A DNA stretch of 64,000 nt from Candidatus Pacearchaeota archaeon (GCA_040879785.1 JBBDJR010000004.1:14778-78777); one strand, 5' to 3'; positions 45,911 to 58,840 are shown, numbered from the stretch's first letter. Notes: generated by a model not told the origin, from the sequence alone. Made by a program: numbers and translations.

Positions 45911-48900
45911 ATGAGTGGAGAGAATACACTTTTTAATGATACCACAATAAAAAGATTAGTCTCAGATACTAAACTGACATCTAAACAGAAAAAAGCTTCT
46001 CAAGAATGGCTTAAACTAATTGAAGAAGACAAATTAATAAAAGAGAAGCAAGGATACCTTAGGTTTTATGATATTATCCTAAAGGAGTTATTAGGGTATG
46101 ATAATATTAAACACGAAAAAGAAGGTGTTGAATTTTCTTATGAAAAAGAAGGAAAACCTATCTTAAGAATTGAGGCAAAGGGGATGGATACTCCAGATTT
46201 GTTTCTGCCCCAGAAGAGAGCAAGAGAAGAGTCTCCAGTTCAACAACTTTGGAGATATATGCAATTACATGCAAGTCCTTATGGGATAGTCACTAATTAT
46301 AAAATTTTTATTTTTTTCAAATACGACATTGGAAGCACAAAATATTATCTCTTTGATTTTGAAGAGATAAAAAAAGACTCGAACAAACTGCAAGAATTTG
46401 TAGCTATTTTTTCAAAAGAAAATATAGATAAGGGTTTTGTTGAAGATTTATACGAAGAATCAATAATTGAAGAAAGAGAGTTTACAAAAGAATTCTACAA
46501 GTTATATCATGAAACAAGATTAATGTTGATAAAGGAATTTGAAGAAAACCCAGATATTAGTAGGGAGGCTTCTGTTCACTTTGCACAACTTTTCCTTAAT
46601 AGGTTAATGTTCGTATTTTTTGCAGAAGATACCGGAAAGATAGATAAGAGGGTTATTGAGGACAGAATTTTGAAGACCTTGGATAACATTCATTTATTCT
46701 CATCAAATTCTTCAAATATTTCTAATGTGTTGGTAGGATTATTTAGGGATTTAGACAAAGGAAGTGATTTTCCAATTAAGGTTTTTGGATTTAATGGAGG
46801 ATTATTTCACCATCCAATTCCCCCAAAAATTTACTTCAAAGATTTTAGAGATAGTAAATTTTTCAAGGATGTTAATCAATATTCAAAATTAAAGAAAAAA
46901 GATTTAGAAATAAATGAGAAAGAAAAAGAGATTTTTGAGAAATATAAAAATAAGATTAGTCCAATAATAAAAAATGTTTTGTTGATGGCTTCATTTGATT
47001 TTAATACTGAAGTGGATGTTAATATTTTAGGGCATATTTTTGAGCAATCTATTTCAGATATTGAAGATTTGAAAATTGACAAAAGCTCAAGAAGAAAAAA
47101 AGAAGGAATTTATTATACGCCTTCATATATAACAGACTACATTTGTAGAAACACAATAATTCCTTATCTCTCGAATAAAGGGGAAACAGAAATTTCTGGC
47201 TTGATCAAGGAATATGCTGATAATATTTGGGATTTAGAAAAAAAGTTTAAAGAAATGAAAATCTTAGATCCTGCTTGTGGTTCTGGAGCATTTTTAATTA
47301 GAGCTACTGACATTATGCTTGAAGTATTTAAGGCAATTCAAGAATTTAAACAACAAGAAGGAGAGTATGGGGCAAAAAGAGGATTAAAAAGAAAGAGCAA
47401 TAACAAAGGACAATTAATCTTGGAAAAATGGAACGAAGAAGCAGAAGCAAGAGAGATTATAGAAAATAATATTTATGGCGTAGATATTAATGAAGAGTCT
47501 GTTGAGATAACAAAACTTTCGTTGTTCTTGAAAATGGCACGAAAGAATAGAAAACTCACGGATTTATCTAATAATATCAAAAAAGGAAATAGTTTGATAA
47601 ATGATTCTTCTGTTGCTGGAGATTTGGCTTTTGATTGGGATAAAGAGTTTAAAGATATAATGGACAATGGCGGATTTGATGTTGTTATTGGGAATCCTCC
47701 TTATGTCGAAGCAAGAAGTATAGAACAAAAATTTGTAGATTTCTTAAGGAAGAATTATAAAACCTCTGGCAATAGGATAAACATCTTCGCTTCTTTTATT
47801 GAAAAAGGTCTTAGCTTACTAAAGACAGAAGGATATTTTAGTTATATTATTCATAGAAACCTAATACGTTCAAACGACTACCATAAAACAAGAAGATATA
47901 TTTTAGATAATTCAAAAATAAAACAAATATTAAGTTTTTCACAAGGAGTTTTTGAGGGTGTAACGGGAGAGATGACCGTTGTAATATTAAAAAAAAGCAA
48001 CTATGAAAAAAAGGAAAATACATTGCTTGTTTATGAATATGGAAGTGAGATAAATCCAGATATTAAACCATGGAAGATAAAACAAGGAATCTTTGAAGAA
48101 ACTGCGGGGAATAGATTTAACATATATCTGACCGATAAAAAAATTAAAATCTTAGAAAAAATAAAACAAAAATGTTCTAAGTTAGGAGAATTGGCTGAAA
48201 CATACCAAGGCATTATTGTCGGAAATGAAAAAAAATATGTTTCAAAAAACAAAGAATCTGATAAATATAAACCAATTTTAAGAGGTAGAGATATTTCTCG
48301 TTATGGGTATCCAAGAGCAAAAGAATTTGTTTATTATGTTCCTGGAACAAAAGTGCTTACAAGAGGAAAAACACCCTCATTATTTGAAAAAAAGGAAAAA
48401 ATATTAACTCAACACGTTTCTGGAGATATTATAGCAACATTAGACGCAGAGCAAAAATATTTTCTACAAACAATAAATTCTACGACATCCATTAAAGAGG
48501 GTATTAAAAATAAGTATTTACTTACCTTATTAAATTCAAAAGTAATAAATTTTTATTATAGCAGTATATTTAATCTAGGAGCAGAGTTTACAACTGCCGT
48601 AGCAATAGAAAATCTAGATGAACTCCCTATAAAAACAATTTCTCTTTCAGAACAAAAACCCTTCATAGAAAAATCAGACTTAATGCTAAAACTAAATAAA
48701 GAATTCTACGAGAAAAAGAATAAATTTTTGAAGCTTATTAAACACGAATATAAAATTGAAAAGATTACTAAAAAATTAGATGAGTTTTATAAATTAGAAT
48801 TTGATGACTTTATCAAGCAATTAAAAATTAAGGTAAATATAGATAAAAAATCTGAAATTTTGGACTTTTTTGAAAAAAACAAAAAAGAGATATCCAAATT

Positions 48901-49006
48901 AAAAGAAGAAATTGATAAAACTGACAGGGAAATTGATGAAATGGTTTATGGGTTGTATGGATTGACTAAGGAAGAGATAGGGGTTGTTGAGGGGAGTTTG
49001 AACTAA
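45911..49006 (+). CDS. Type IIL restriction-modification enzyme, MmeI family (fused PD-ExK endonuclease + gamma-class N6-adenine MTase + TRD)
   Basis: N-terminal E..x13..IEAK nuclease motif, LFLNRLMFVFFAEDTG (MmeI has LVRLLFCLFAEDT), FNGGLF, LDPACGSGAFLI (motif I), VIGNPPYV (motif IV). 1031 aa. Confidence 0.8.
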   Translation: MSGENTLFNDTTIKRLVSDTKLTSKQKKASQEWLKLIEEDKLIKEKQGYLRFYDIILKELLGYDNIKHEKEGVEFSYEKEGKPILRIEAKGMDTPDLFLPQKRAREESPVQQLWRYMQLHASPYGIVTNYKIFIFFKYDIGSTKYYLFDFEEIKKDSNKLQEFVAIFSKENIDKGFVEDLYEESIIEEREFTKEFYKLYHETRLMLIKEFEENPDISREASVHFAQLFLNRLMFVFFAEDTGKIDKRVIEDRILKTLDNIHLFSSNSSNISNVLVGLFRDLDKGSDFPIKVFGFNGGLFHHPIPPKIYFKDFRDSKFFKDVNQYSKLKKKDLEINEKEKEIFEKYKNKISPIIKNVLLMASFDFNTEVDVNILGHIFEQSISDIEDLKIDKSSRRKKEGIYYTPSYITDYICRNTIIPYLSNKGETEISGLIKEYADNIWDLEKKFKEMKILDPACGSGAFLIRATDIMLEVFKAIQEFKQQEGEYGAKRGLKRKSNNKGQLILEKWNEEAEAREIIENNIYGVDINEESVEITKLSLFLKMARKNRKLTDLSNNIKKGNSLINDSSVAGDLAFDWDKEFKDIMDNGGFDVVIGNPPYVEARSIEQKFVDFLRKNYKTSGNRINIFASFIEKGLSLLKTEGYFSYIIHRNLIRSNDYHKTRRYILDNSKIKQILSFSQGVFEGVTGEMTVVILKKSNYEKKENTLLVYEYGSEINPDIKPWKIKQGIFEETAGNRFNIYLTDKKIKILEKIKQKCSKLGELAETYQGIIVGNEKKYVSKNKESDKYKPILRGRDISRYGYPRAKEFVYYVPGTKVLTRGKTPSLFEKKEKILTQHVSGDIIATLDAEQKYFLQTINSTTSIKEGIKNKYLLTLLNSKVINFYYSSIFNLGAEFTTAVAIENLDELPIKTISLSEQKPFIEKSDLMLKLNKEFYEKKNKFLKLIKHEYKIEKITKKLDEFYKLEFDDFIKQLKIKVNIDKKSEILDFFEKNKKEISKLKEEIDKTDREIDEMVYGLYGLTKEEIGVVEGSLN

Positions 49007-49110
49007 AAATATATAAACTGAAAAATCAATTGAATAATAACTAAAAGAGAGGTGATCGGAGAAGAATCCGGGTGATCCCTCTCTGATTACTTCTGAGATA
49101 GATAATAATT

Positions 49111-49920
49111 ATGAGTGAAGAACAAAAAGAACATACGCATGAAGTATACTCTGATGAATCTGGGCATAACCAAGGAAAATATGGAGCAATATCTGCTATA
49201 AGTCTTGAAAAAGAATTAGTTAAAAAGACAGAGGCAACATTGAAAGAAATATTTGAAGAGTCAAATGTAGAGGAATTAAAATGGAGTAAAATAAGAAGTG
49301 CAAAATACAGGTTGTGTGCAGAAAAAGTCATAGATTTTATTTTTTCAATTTTCGGAGAAGGGAATCTCAGAATAGATATAGCTATTTGGGATGTTAAGGA
49401 AAGAAAGTCTAAATATCTTCATAACAATACGGAATCTCTAAAGAGAATGAATCATCAACTTTTTAAGAACATTTTATCAAGATGGCCAAAAGAATCAAGA
49501 TTGAAATTCTTCCCAGATAGGCACGAAGAAATAAATTGGGAAAAAATGAAAGAAATTTTAGATTATGTAATCCCTGAAGGAAGAGAAATAAGTATAGAAG
49601 AGATTCCCTCAAAAGATTTCTTTTTAGGACAGGTAGCAGATCTTTTTTCTGGACTAGGATCTTTTTCTCACTCAAATAAAGATATAAGAAATTTTCATAG
49701 CGACCAAAAACAACTCCCCAATTCAAGTAAGGATCCAATATCTAATTCAAAAAATGAAAAAATAAGAGTTCTTTCTTACTTTAAAAGAAAAGCAAAAGAA
49801 AAGGGATATAATGTCGAACAGAATGGAATTTTACATACAAAAGATCCTAAAGACCCCCTTAATTTTTGGCCTTTCAAGTTTAAAGACTATGCAAATAAGA
49901 AATTATCTGAGTTTTTTTAG
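49111..49920 (+). CDS. DUF3800-family protein
   Basis: N-terminal EVYSDESGHNQGKYGAISAISL (the Y.DESG hallmark). Confidence 0.5.
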   Translation: MSEEQKEHTHEVYSDESGHNQGKYGAISAISLEKELVKKTEATLKEIFEESNVEELKWSKIRSAKYRLCAEKVIDFIFSIFGEGNLRIDIAIWDVKERKSKYLHNNTESLKRMNHQLFKNILSRWPKESRLKFFPDRHEEINWEKMKEILDYVIPEGREISIEEIPSKDFFLGQVADLFSGLGSFSHSNKDIRNFHSDQKQLPNSSKDPISNSKNEKIRVLSYFKRKAKEKGYNVEQNGILHTKDPKDPLNFWPFKFKDYANKKLSEFF

Positions 49921-49941
49921 TAATTTCTATTAAATTCTAGT

Positions 49942-50790
49942 TCACTCTTTCTGCCTTTTTAGCTTATCTAGAGTTTTCCCATCCTTATTTTTCCATTCAA
50001 GCCATCCATTTGCAGGCCTCCCCAGTACTACCGCCGCAGCATTAGAAGGAGAACTCATTAATAAATCTTCATCAAAGATTAATTTATTATCTACCTCTTT
50101 CAGGATATCATTTCTTTTAAGTGCCTCTTTATATTCTTTTATTGCATAATTGAGTGAGGCAACATCATCTAACCTTGCTTTCGACCCTTCATAAACAACA
50201 AAACCCTCTTCAGTTAAATTTCCCTTCGCTTCCGCATCCTTACCTTTACAATAAAATATATCTTCTTCTCTTTCAGCCTTCTTAATTTTTTCAAATATTG
50301 GATAGCCTAATGTCCCTAAAATAAGTTTTATCTCATCAAAAAACTGCAATGAAAAATCTTTTTCTGAAGGGGATAAACTTGATCTTGTTGGTGAACAATT
50401 ATTCATTAGGTCTGTGCGTTTTGATTTTTCAGCTTCTTCATGACAGAATGACTCTAAAAATTTTACATGAGCTTTATTAAGATTGTCTTTCCCTGAAACA
50501 AAACAAACTGCATAATTCCAGTAATCCTTATTTGGACTATCATGCTGTTTTATTCTTTTCTTTATATCTTCGGCCTCACCAATATAGGTTTTAAATTGAG
50601 ATGATTCGTCTTTCTCACTAAATAAGAAATAAATTCCAACTTTCTCTAAATTTTCATAATCTTGTGCCTCTTTAATTAAATTCCTTGGAATCTGGATTGC
50701 TTTAATTATTGAATTAGGTATCTCACAGATTTTAACTCCTTTTGGGTTCCCGTCTGGGAGATAAATATTGATTGTTTTTCCTCTTACCAT
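49942..50790 (-). CDS. GIY-YIG nuclease fused to DUF4357 domain
   Basis: GIYFLFSEKDESSQFKTYIGEAEDIKKRIKQH (GIY...YIG). C-terminal SSPSNAAAVVLGRPANGWLEWK (DUF4357-like). Confidence 0.6.
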   Translation of the reverse strand: MVRGKTINIYLPDGNPKGVKICEIPNSIIKAIQIPRNLIKEAQDYENLEKVGIYFLFSEKDESSQFKTYIGEAEDIKKRIKQHDSPNKDYWNYAVCFVSGKDNLNKAHVKFLESFCHEEAEKSKRTDLMNNCSPTRSSLSPSEKDFSLQFFDEIKLILGTLGYPIFEKIKKAEREEDIFYCKGKDAEAKGNLTEEGFVVYEGSKARLDDVASLNYAIKEYKEALKRNDILKEVDNKLIFDEDLLMSSPSNAAAVVLGRPANGWLEWKNKDGKTLDKLKRQKE

Positions 50791-50796
50791 GGTATA

Positions 50797-52266
50797 TTAA
50801 CTAACTATCTCCTTTAATTTATTTACTATTAACATTTCAGCTAAAGTATCCAACTCACAATATTTCAACAAATCCCCTCTAATTTTCTCCCTCTCATCCT
50901 CAGAATAAACATCCTCATAAGCCATATTATAAAACTCAACCGAAGCTGTTCCACCATCTTTTATACTCCCATCAAGCTCTTTGTAACTCTTTCCGGTTAT
51001 TGCAGGAAGAACAGCTTTTAGTGAGGCAGAACCCTCTTGTTTAGGATTGTAATAACTAAATTCTCTGAAAGGGATAAGCAAATCAATAATTCTTTTCAGA
51101 ACCGATTCAACCCATTCTTTATGTTCTGGGAAATGTTCTGCAAGCTCTTTTAATCTTCCAATCTCAAAGCTTTGGTTATAAACAACAATGCTTCCTTTAT
51201 CTCCTAACACTTTTTTCAAAGCTAAAACAAAATCTTCTCTTGGATCTTTATTTCCGTTATACAAAAATTCATAATGTTTAGGTTCTGCACCTTCTTCCTC
51301 AACAACGTGCAAAGAAAACTGAAAACAAACCTGAGAATAAGGCTTCAAGCCATCAAACAGGGGAACAGATGTGGAAAAAGTTTCAAAATCAAGATAATAA
51401 AGAGGGTATTGTAATTTTTTCATAAAATTATTAATTCTTTTTTCATCAACAAAGATTTTTCCATTAATCTCACAATCTCTCTGGATTTTCTGTTTTCCAT
51501 TTAGTTTAATATCCTCGGGAATCTCTTTTATTGTTTCGATTCCATTCTCAAATAATTCACAACTTAATTTTCCTCCGCGATAAAGACAGAAAACATGATT
51601 TTCAGGCAGCTCAACACATCCTTCGGAAAAACAATCATGAAATCCATCTTTGAAAACCTTAACCAAAGAAAGACCTGCTTTTGGAGGCTCTTTCAAAGAA
51701 ACAAAATCAAATAATTCTTTAATCTGGTTGTCAATTCCTTTAATGGCTTTCTCAACTTCACCAGTTATATCTTCTTTTTCAAATAAATTATTAACATCAA
51801 TCTCTCCACTCTTTACAAATCCCTTATTCAGATGCAATAGAAAACACTTTCTTATCTTTAAGCCATTTCCTTCATAAACATACTTCTGAAAAGAAACATC
51901 ATGAACATTAATATCCTTGACTTTAGTGCTTGACTTAACCTCTATTATATCCCACTTATCCCCAACGGGAACTAGAATATCTGCTCTTGAAAAGCAGTTA
52001 TTAAACTCAAATCCAGCTTCAAATAAAGGCTTTTTCTTCTTTAGGGATTCTTTGCTTTCTTTGAGATTTTCCTTGTAATCTGTGGGCAAATCTATGCCTT
52101 CAGGAAAGAGCATTTTAGCTATTTGACCTGCTTTATCCCCCTCCTTAAACTTAAACTCCTCAGCCAGAGTAGCTTTCCTTATCTGCTCGGGCTGATTAAA
52201 CACAATCCAGAGATATCTCGGGCATTCCAGGCCAACCAGATAATTTGACTTTGTTAAGGCTTTCAT
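50797..52266 (-). CDS. DUF2779-family protein (Cas4/RecB-like PD-(D/E)xK N-domain + RNaseH-like exonuclease C-domain)
   Basis: SKSNYLVGLECPRYLW; ADILVPVGDKWDIIEVKSS (D...EVK); YYLDFETF...PYSQVCFQFSLH (DUF2779 hallmark). 6-nt gap to the downstream GIY-YIG gene. Confidence 0.6.
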   Translation of the reverse strand: MKALTKSNYLVGLECPRYLWIVFNQPEQIRKATLAEEFKFKEGDKAGQIAKMLFPEGIDLPTDYKENLKESKESLKKKKPLFEAGFEFNNCFSRADILVPVGDKWDIIEVKSSTKVKDINVHDVSFQKYVYEGNGLKIRKCFLLHLNKGFVKSGEIDVNNLFEKEDITGEVEKAIKGIDNQIKELFDFVSLKEPPKAGLSLVKVFKDGFHDCFSEGCVELPENHVFCLYRGGKLSCELFENGIETIKEIPEDIKLNGKQKIQRDCEINGKIFVDEKRINNFMKKLQYPLYYLDFETFSTSVPLFDGLKPYSQVCFQFSLHVVEEEGAEPKHYEFLYNGNKDPREDFVLALKKVLGDKGSIVVYNQSFEIGRLKELAEHFPEHKEWVESVLKRIIDLLIPFREFSYYNPKQEGSASLKAVLPAITGKSYKELDGSIKDGGTASVEFYNMAYEDVYSEDEREKIRGDLLKYCELDTLAEMLIVNKLKEIVS

Positions 52267-52412
52267 TATAGGTTTAAGAGGAGAGAGATTATTTATAAAT
52301 CTTGCAGAATTTTACCCAAATTTTTTCTTCGCAAAAACTTCTGTTAATGCCGATGTTTGTGAGATGTGCGTTGGAGAAACTATTATAAATTAAAATTGAT
52401 TGATAACTATGT

Positions 52413-53078
52413 ATGATATATGAAATTAAATCAGATAAAGGAGTCCTTGTTGCAGAAATACACTTTCTTACTGACAGGAAAGAAATAAAAAATAGTAAAG
52501 TTACTCGTCTTATCAAAGAAGCTTTATTAAAGTGCTATAAGGAGATTCCTTTGAAAAATAAAAAAGTAGCTGTTTTTTATACGGATTACAAGTTTATCAA
52601 GGATAAAATGGGAGGAGTAGGAGGGAATGCTCTTCATGAAAATCTTATTTCTCTATACATTAATCCTTCAAATAAAAAATGGAAGGACCGTCTGGAATCT
52701 TTTATAGTACACGAATACTCTCATCTGACTGTTTTTGATAAAAGAAAATGGAAGACTATTGAAGATTCTTTAATAATTGAAGGAATTGCTGAGGTTTTTA
52801 GAGATGAGATTGTCGGCGGAAAACCATCTCCTTGGACGAGTGCATTGACAGAGAAGGAAGCTAAAGATTTGCTTAAGAAAATAAAGAATAAATTAAAGAC
52901 TCCTGTAGAGAAAATGCATAAAGAATTATTTTTTGGCTCAAAAGAATTCAAGATGTGGTCAGGTTATTCGCTTGGATACCAAATAGTAAAAAGTTTTAGG
53001 AAAAAATATCCTGAATTAAGTTGGAAGAAGATAATAAAAATGAAATCTTCCGAGATCTTGAAAAAATCAGAATTCTAA
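52413..53078 (+). CDS. Putative zinc metallopeptidase (HExxH; DUF2268-like)
   Basis: FIVHEYSHLTVF. 221 aa. Confidence 0.45.
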   Translation: MIYEIKSDKGVLVAEIHFLTDRKEIKNSKVTRLIKEALLKCYKEIPLKNKKVAVFYTDYKFIKDKMGGVGGNALHENLISLYINPSNKKWKDRLESFIVHEYSHLTVFDKRKWKTIEDSLIIEGIAEVFRDEIVGGKPSPWTSALTEKEAKDLLKKIKNKLKTPVEKMHKELFFGSKEFKMWSGYSLGYQIVKSFRKKYPELSWKKIIKMKSSEILKKSEF

Positions 53079-53165
53079 AAAACAGCTCTCTTACTACCAT
53101 CAGTCCACAAGAAAAAACTCGATAAGTAGAGGAAACTCCCAGGAAAAATACTACATTGAGGCTTT

Positions 53166-53189
53166 AACTTGACCACGCCTGGGCGAGTT
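53166..53189. repeat. 24-nt element AACTTGACCACGCCTGGGCGAGTT, copy 2, within the 23S 3' trailer
   Basis: Identical to 17315-17338. Lies between the 23S 3' end (~53222) and the 3' strand of the processing stem (53117-53140). Confidence 0.6.
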
Positions 53190-53221
53190 AATGAACTCGC
53201 TTGGGCAAATCGGATTAAAAA

Positions 53222-56050
<2,829 letters not shown>

Positions 56051-56153
56051 TTGAGACTTTCGTCTCATGTGGGATTTCCTCTACTTATTTCATTGAAAAT
56101 AATTTGTGAGTTATTTTCTCAAAATGATCCCGTAAAATCTACGGAACCACTGT

Positions 56154-56489
56154 TCAACTTTTGGTTGAATATGATTTGTGATTTTGTGATTGTTGATATT
56201 CTATAACTTCAATTTCCGCTCCCTGAAATTTATCTCTAATTTCTCTAGAGACTCTATCCTGAGCTTCTATCTCATAATTTTCTGAGTCATTTATCCTATA
56301 AGCAATGTTTTCTTTGCCTATTTTTGAACCAATTATCCTATAATGGGTTGGATTATCTTGAGCATTTATCTGAACCGTGAACATATAGACTCTTTCCCCA
56401 TTTACGATTACTTCCAGCCTTTTTCCTGAAGGCATTGTGCCATTTATCTTGGGAAAGTACACTTTTCCATTCCTTCCCATCCGGTTCAT
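56154..56489 (-). CDS. Hypothetical 111-aa protein encoded inside the tRNAAla-23S spacer of the rRNA operon
   Basis: Complex, non-repetitive ORF (GKVYFPKINGTMPSGKRLEVIVNGERVYMFTVQ...). AT-rich coding-like composition unlike the flanking rRNA. Sits between tRNA-Ala and the 23S processing stem. Confidence 0.35.
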   Translation of the reverse strand: MNRMGRNGKVYFPKINGTMPSGKRLEVIVNGERVYMFTVQINAQDNPTHYRIIGSKIGKENIAYRINDSENYEIEAQDRVSREIRDKFQGAEIEVIEYQQSQNHKSYSTKS

Positions 56490-56585
56490 TTTCTATTTCC
56501 ATTTTGTTTATTTGATTTGACATTTATTTTTACCTTCTTTATGTAACTAAATCATCTTGTTAAACGTCCAGAAAAATTGTTCGAA

Positions 56586-56702
56586 TGGACCTGCCGTGAA
56601 TCGAACACGGAGCTCCTCGGTTTTTGGCGACAACAAAAAGACTTCGCGAAGCAAGTTCACGTCGCGTGCAAACGAGGGATTTTGCCGTTAAACTACAGGC
56701 CC
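56586..56702 (-). tRNA. tRNA-Ala (TGC) with ~45-nt intron at 37/38, in the 16S-23S spacer
   Basis: GGGCCTGTAGTTTAACGGCAAAATCCCTCGTTTGCA[intron CGCGACG...CCAAAAA]CCGAGGAGCTCCGTGTTCGATTCACGGCAGGTCCA. Cloverleaf stems all pair. Anticodon TGC. Confidence 0.75.
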
Positions 56703-56785
56703 TTATTATTTTGTGCCCGCAGTTGTTTTTAAACTTTTTCTGAACTTAAGATGAGTATGTAGAAACAATCTCGCCGTATTCTATA

Positions 56786-58246
56786 AAATTTTTAGGAGGT
56801 GATCCATCTGCAGGTTCCCCTACAGATACCTTGTGACGACTTAACCTACCTCGCCATATCGTGGCTCTCCTTCGAAAAGTTTCACCATAACATAACTTGG
56901 TTGGTTTGACGGGCAGTGAGTGCAAGAGACAGTGACGTATTCACCGTTCGCTGATAACAAACGATTACTACGGATTCCAGCGTCATGAGGCTGAGTTACA
57001 AACCTCAATCTGAACTAAAGCGGACTTTAAGAGATTAGCTTCTCCTTTCAGAGTTGCATCTCGTTGTATCCACCATTGCCGCGCGCGTGTTGCCCAGGGG
57101 ATTCGGGCTGTACTCACCTAACGTAGCCCTCACTTTCATCCATGTTGCCATGGCAATCTCTAATATAGTACACGTAGTAAATATAGATGAGGGTTTTGCC
57201 TGTTACCTGATTTAACAGGTCACCTCACGGCACAGGCTGACGTCGGCCATGCAGCTCCTCTCAGCGTGTCAGGTAAGCCCTTCAGACTGACCTTCATTCT
57301 GCTGTCGCTCCTGGTGAGGTTCACGGTGTATAATCTAATTGAACCGCACGCGTCACCCGTTGTAGTGTCTCCCCGCCTATTCCTTTAAGTTTCGGTCTTG
57401 CGACTATACTTCCCAGGTAGCACACTCTTCGCCTTCGCTGCAGCACCGACACCTCTCGAGGAGGTACCGATGTTTAGTGTGCAGTGTTTACTGCTAGGAC
57501 TACACGGGTATCTAATCCGTTTTGCGCCCCTAGCCTTCATCCCTTACAGTCAGAACCGTTCTCGTAAGATGCCTTCGCTATTGTGAGTCCGCTCAAGATC
57601 AACACATTTTACCGCTACTTTGAACGTACTTCTTACGTCTCCCGGTCTCTAGTTAGACAGTATTTCCCGCTCGCCCCAGGCTTGAGACTTGGGATTTCAC
57701 AGGAAACTGATCTAACAAGCTACGGATGTTTTAGACCCAATAAATGTGGCTGCGACTTGGACCGCTAGTATTACCGCGGCGGCTGGCACTAGTCTTACCC
57801 AGTCCTTATTCGCCAAACTTTTTACATTTGGCAAAAGCTTCTCTATGAGAAGCACTCTGGCTCAAACTATCACGCTTTCGCGCATTGTAGATTATTCCTA
57901 ACTGCTGCACCCCGTAGGGCTGGGAATAGTGTCTCAGATTCCCTCTCAGGGCTCTTCCGCTAAGAACCCTTACGGATCTTTGGCTTGGTGGGCTATTACC
58001 CCGCCAACAACCTAATCCGCCGCAACCCCATCCTTAGGCTCGAGTTTAAAAGTGAATTCATTCCAGGGATTCACTCCTATCGTGTGTTAGCCTCAGTTTC
58101 CCGAGGTTATCCACGACCTAAGGGCAGGTTAGTTACGTGTTACTGAGCAGTTCGCCTTCACCTTAATTCCGAAGAACCAAAGCAAAAAACTAGCATGTCT
58201 AATTGCAAACCAGAGAGCCGCAGCCGCCAGCAGGATCAACTGGATT
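56786..58246 (-). rRNA. rrs: 16S rRNA
   Basis: 5' AATCCAGTTGATCCTGCTGGCGG; 3' ...AAGTCGTCACAAGGTATCTGTAGGGGAACCTGCAGATGGATCACCTCCT (anti-SD). Length ~1461 nt. Confidence 0.85.
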
Positions 58247-58471
58247 TGTTAAAAACTCCTACTATTGGCTATATGCTTTATTATTAGTATCGAAACTTAG
58301 AAATACAACTAAGTGACTGCTTCTACATACCTCATACCTTAATGCAATCGCTACTTCCTTCTCGGAAGATTTCTGAATATATGCACATTTTTAAGGCACT
58401 CATCTTAGTTACATAAAATTACGATTTTTTAGATTTATAAATGTTTCTGTAAGTTTCTTTATCGTCGGTGC

Positions 58472-58840
58472 TCAACCATCCAAGAATCTCTTTTTCAGTT
58501 CTTCAGGATCATTTGATTCGGCTATTGTTTCTAGGTCTTTTTCCAATCTTAAGAAAGTTTCACTACTCTCATCAAATCCTTCAGTAGTTATAATCGCAAA
58601 ATATTTCTCGAGCATTAAAGGAGTCCTATATCTTATTACTCCCTCACCTGGAACAGAATAAATTCTTTCTTTCACCTTGAAAGTTTCGTTAGATTTGTTC
58701 TTAAAAGAATCCTCGACGTACTCTTCAGAGATACATTCTCCAACATAATTAAGAATTCTTTCAACGGAATCGCGATAATATCCATCTTCAATTCTTATGT
58801 TATCTTTTCTTATCTCTTTTCTGAATCCTTCATTCTCCAT
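58472..58840 (-). CDS. Hypothetical protein
   Basis: 122-aa acidic ORF, no domain recognised. Confidence 0.35.
   Translation of the reverse strand: MENEGFRKEIRKDNIRIEDGYYRDSVERILNYVGECISEEYVEDSFKNKSNETFKVKERIYSVPGEGVIRYRTPLMLEKYFAIITTEGFDESSETFLRLEKDLETIAESNDPEELKKRFLDG

Noticed and set aside
17316-53189. Possible ~36-kb integrated mobile element bounded by the two identical 24-nt direct repeats
   Set aside because: The interval contains core housekeeping genes (PCNA, priS, lysRS, cysRS, cbf5, r-proteins, RNase P RNA, tRNA-Phe, RuBisCO). No integrase gene or tRNA att target is present. The repeats are better explained as a shared 3'-end signal.
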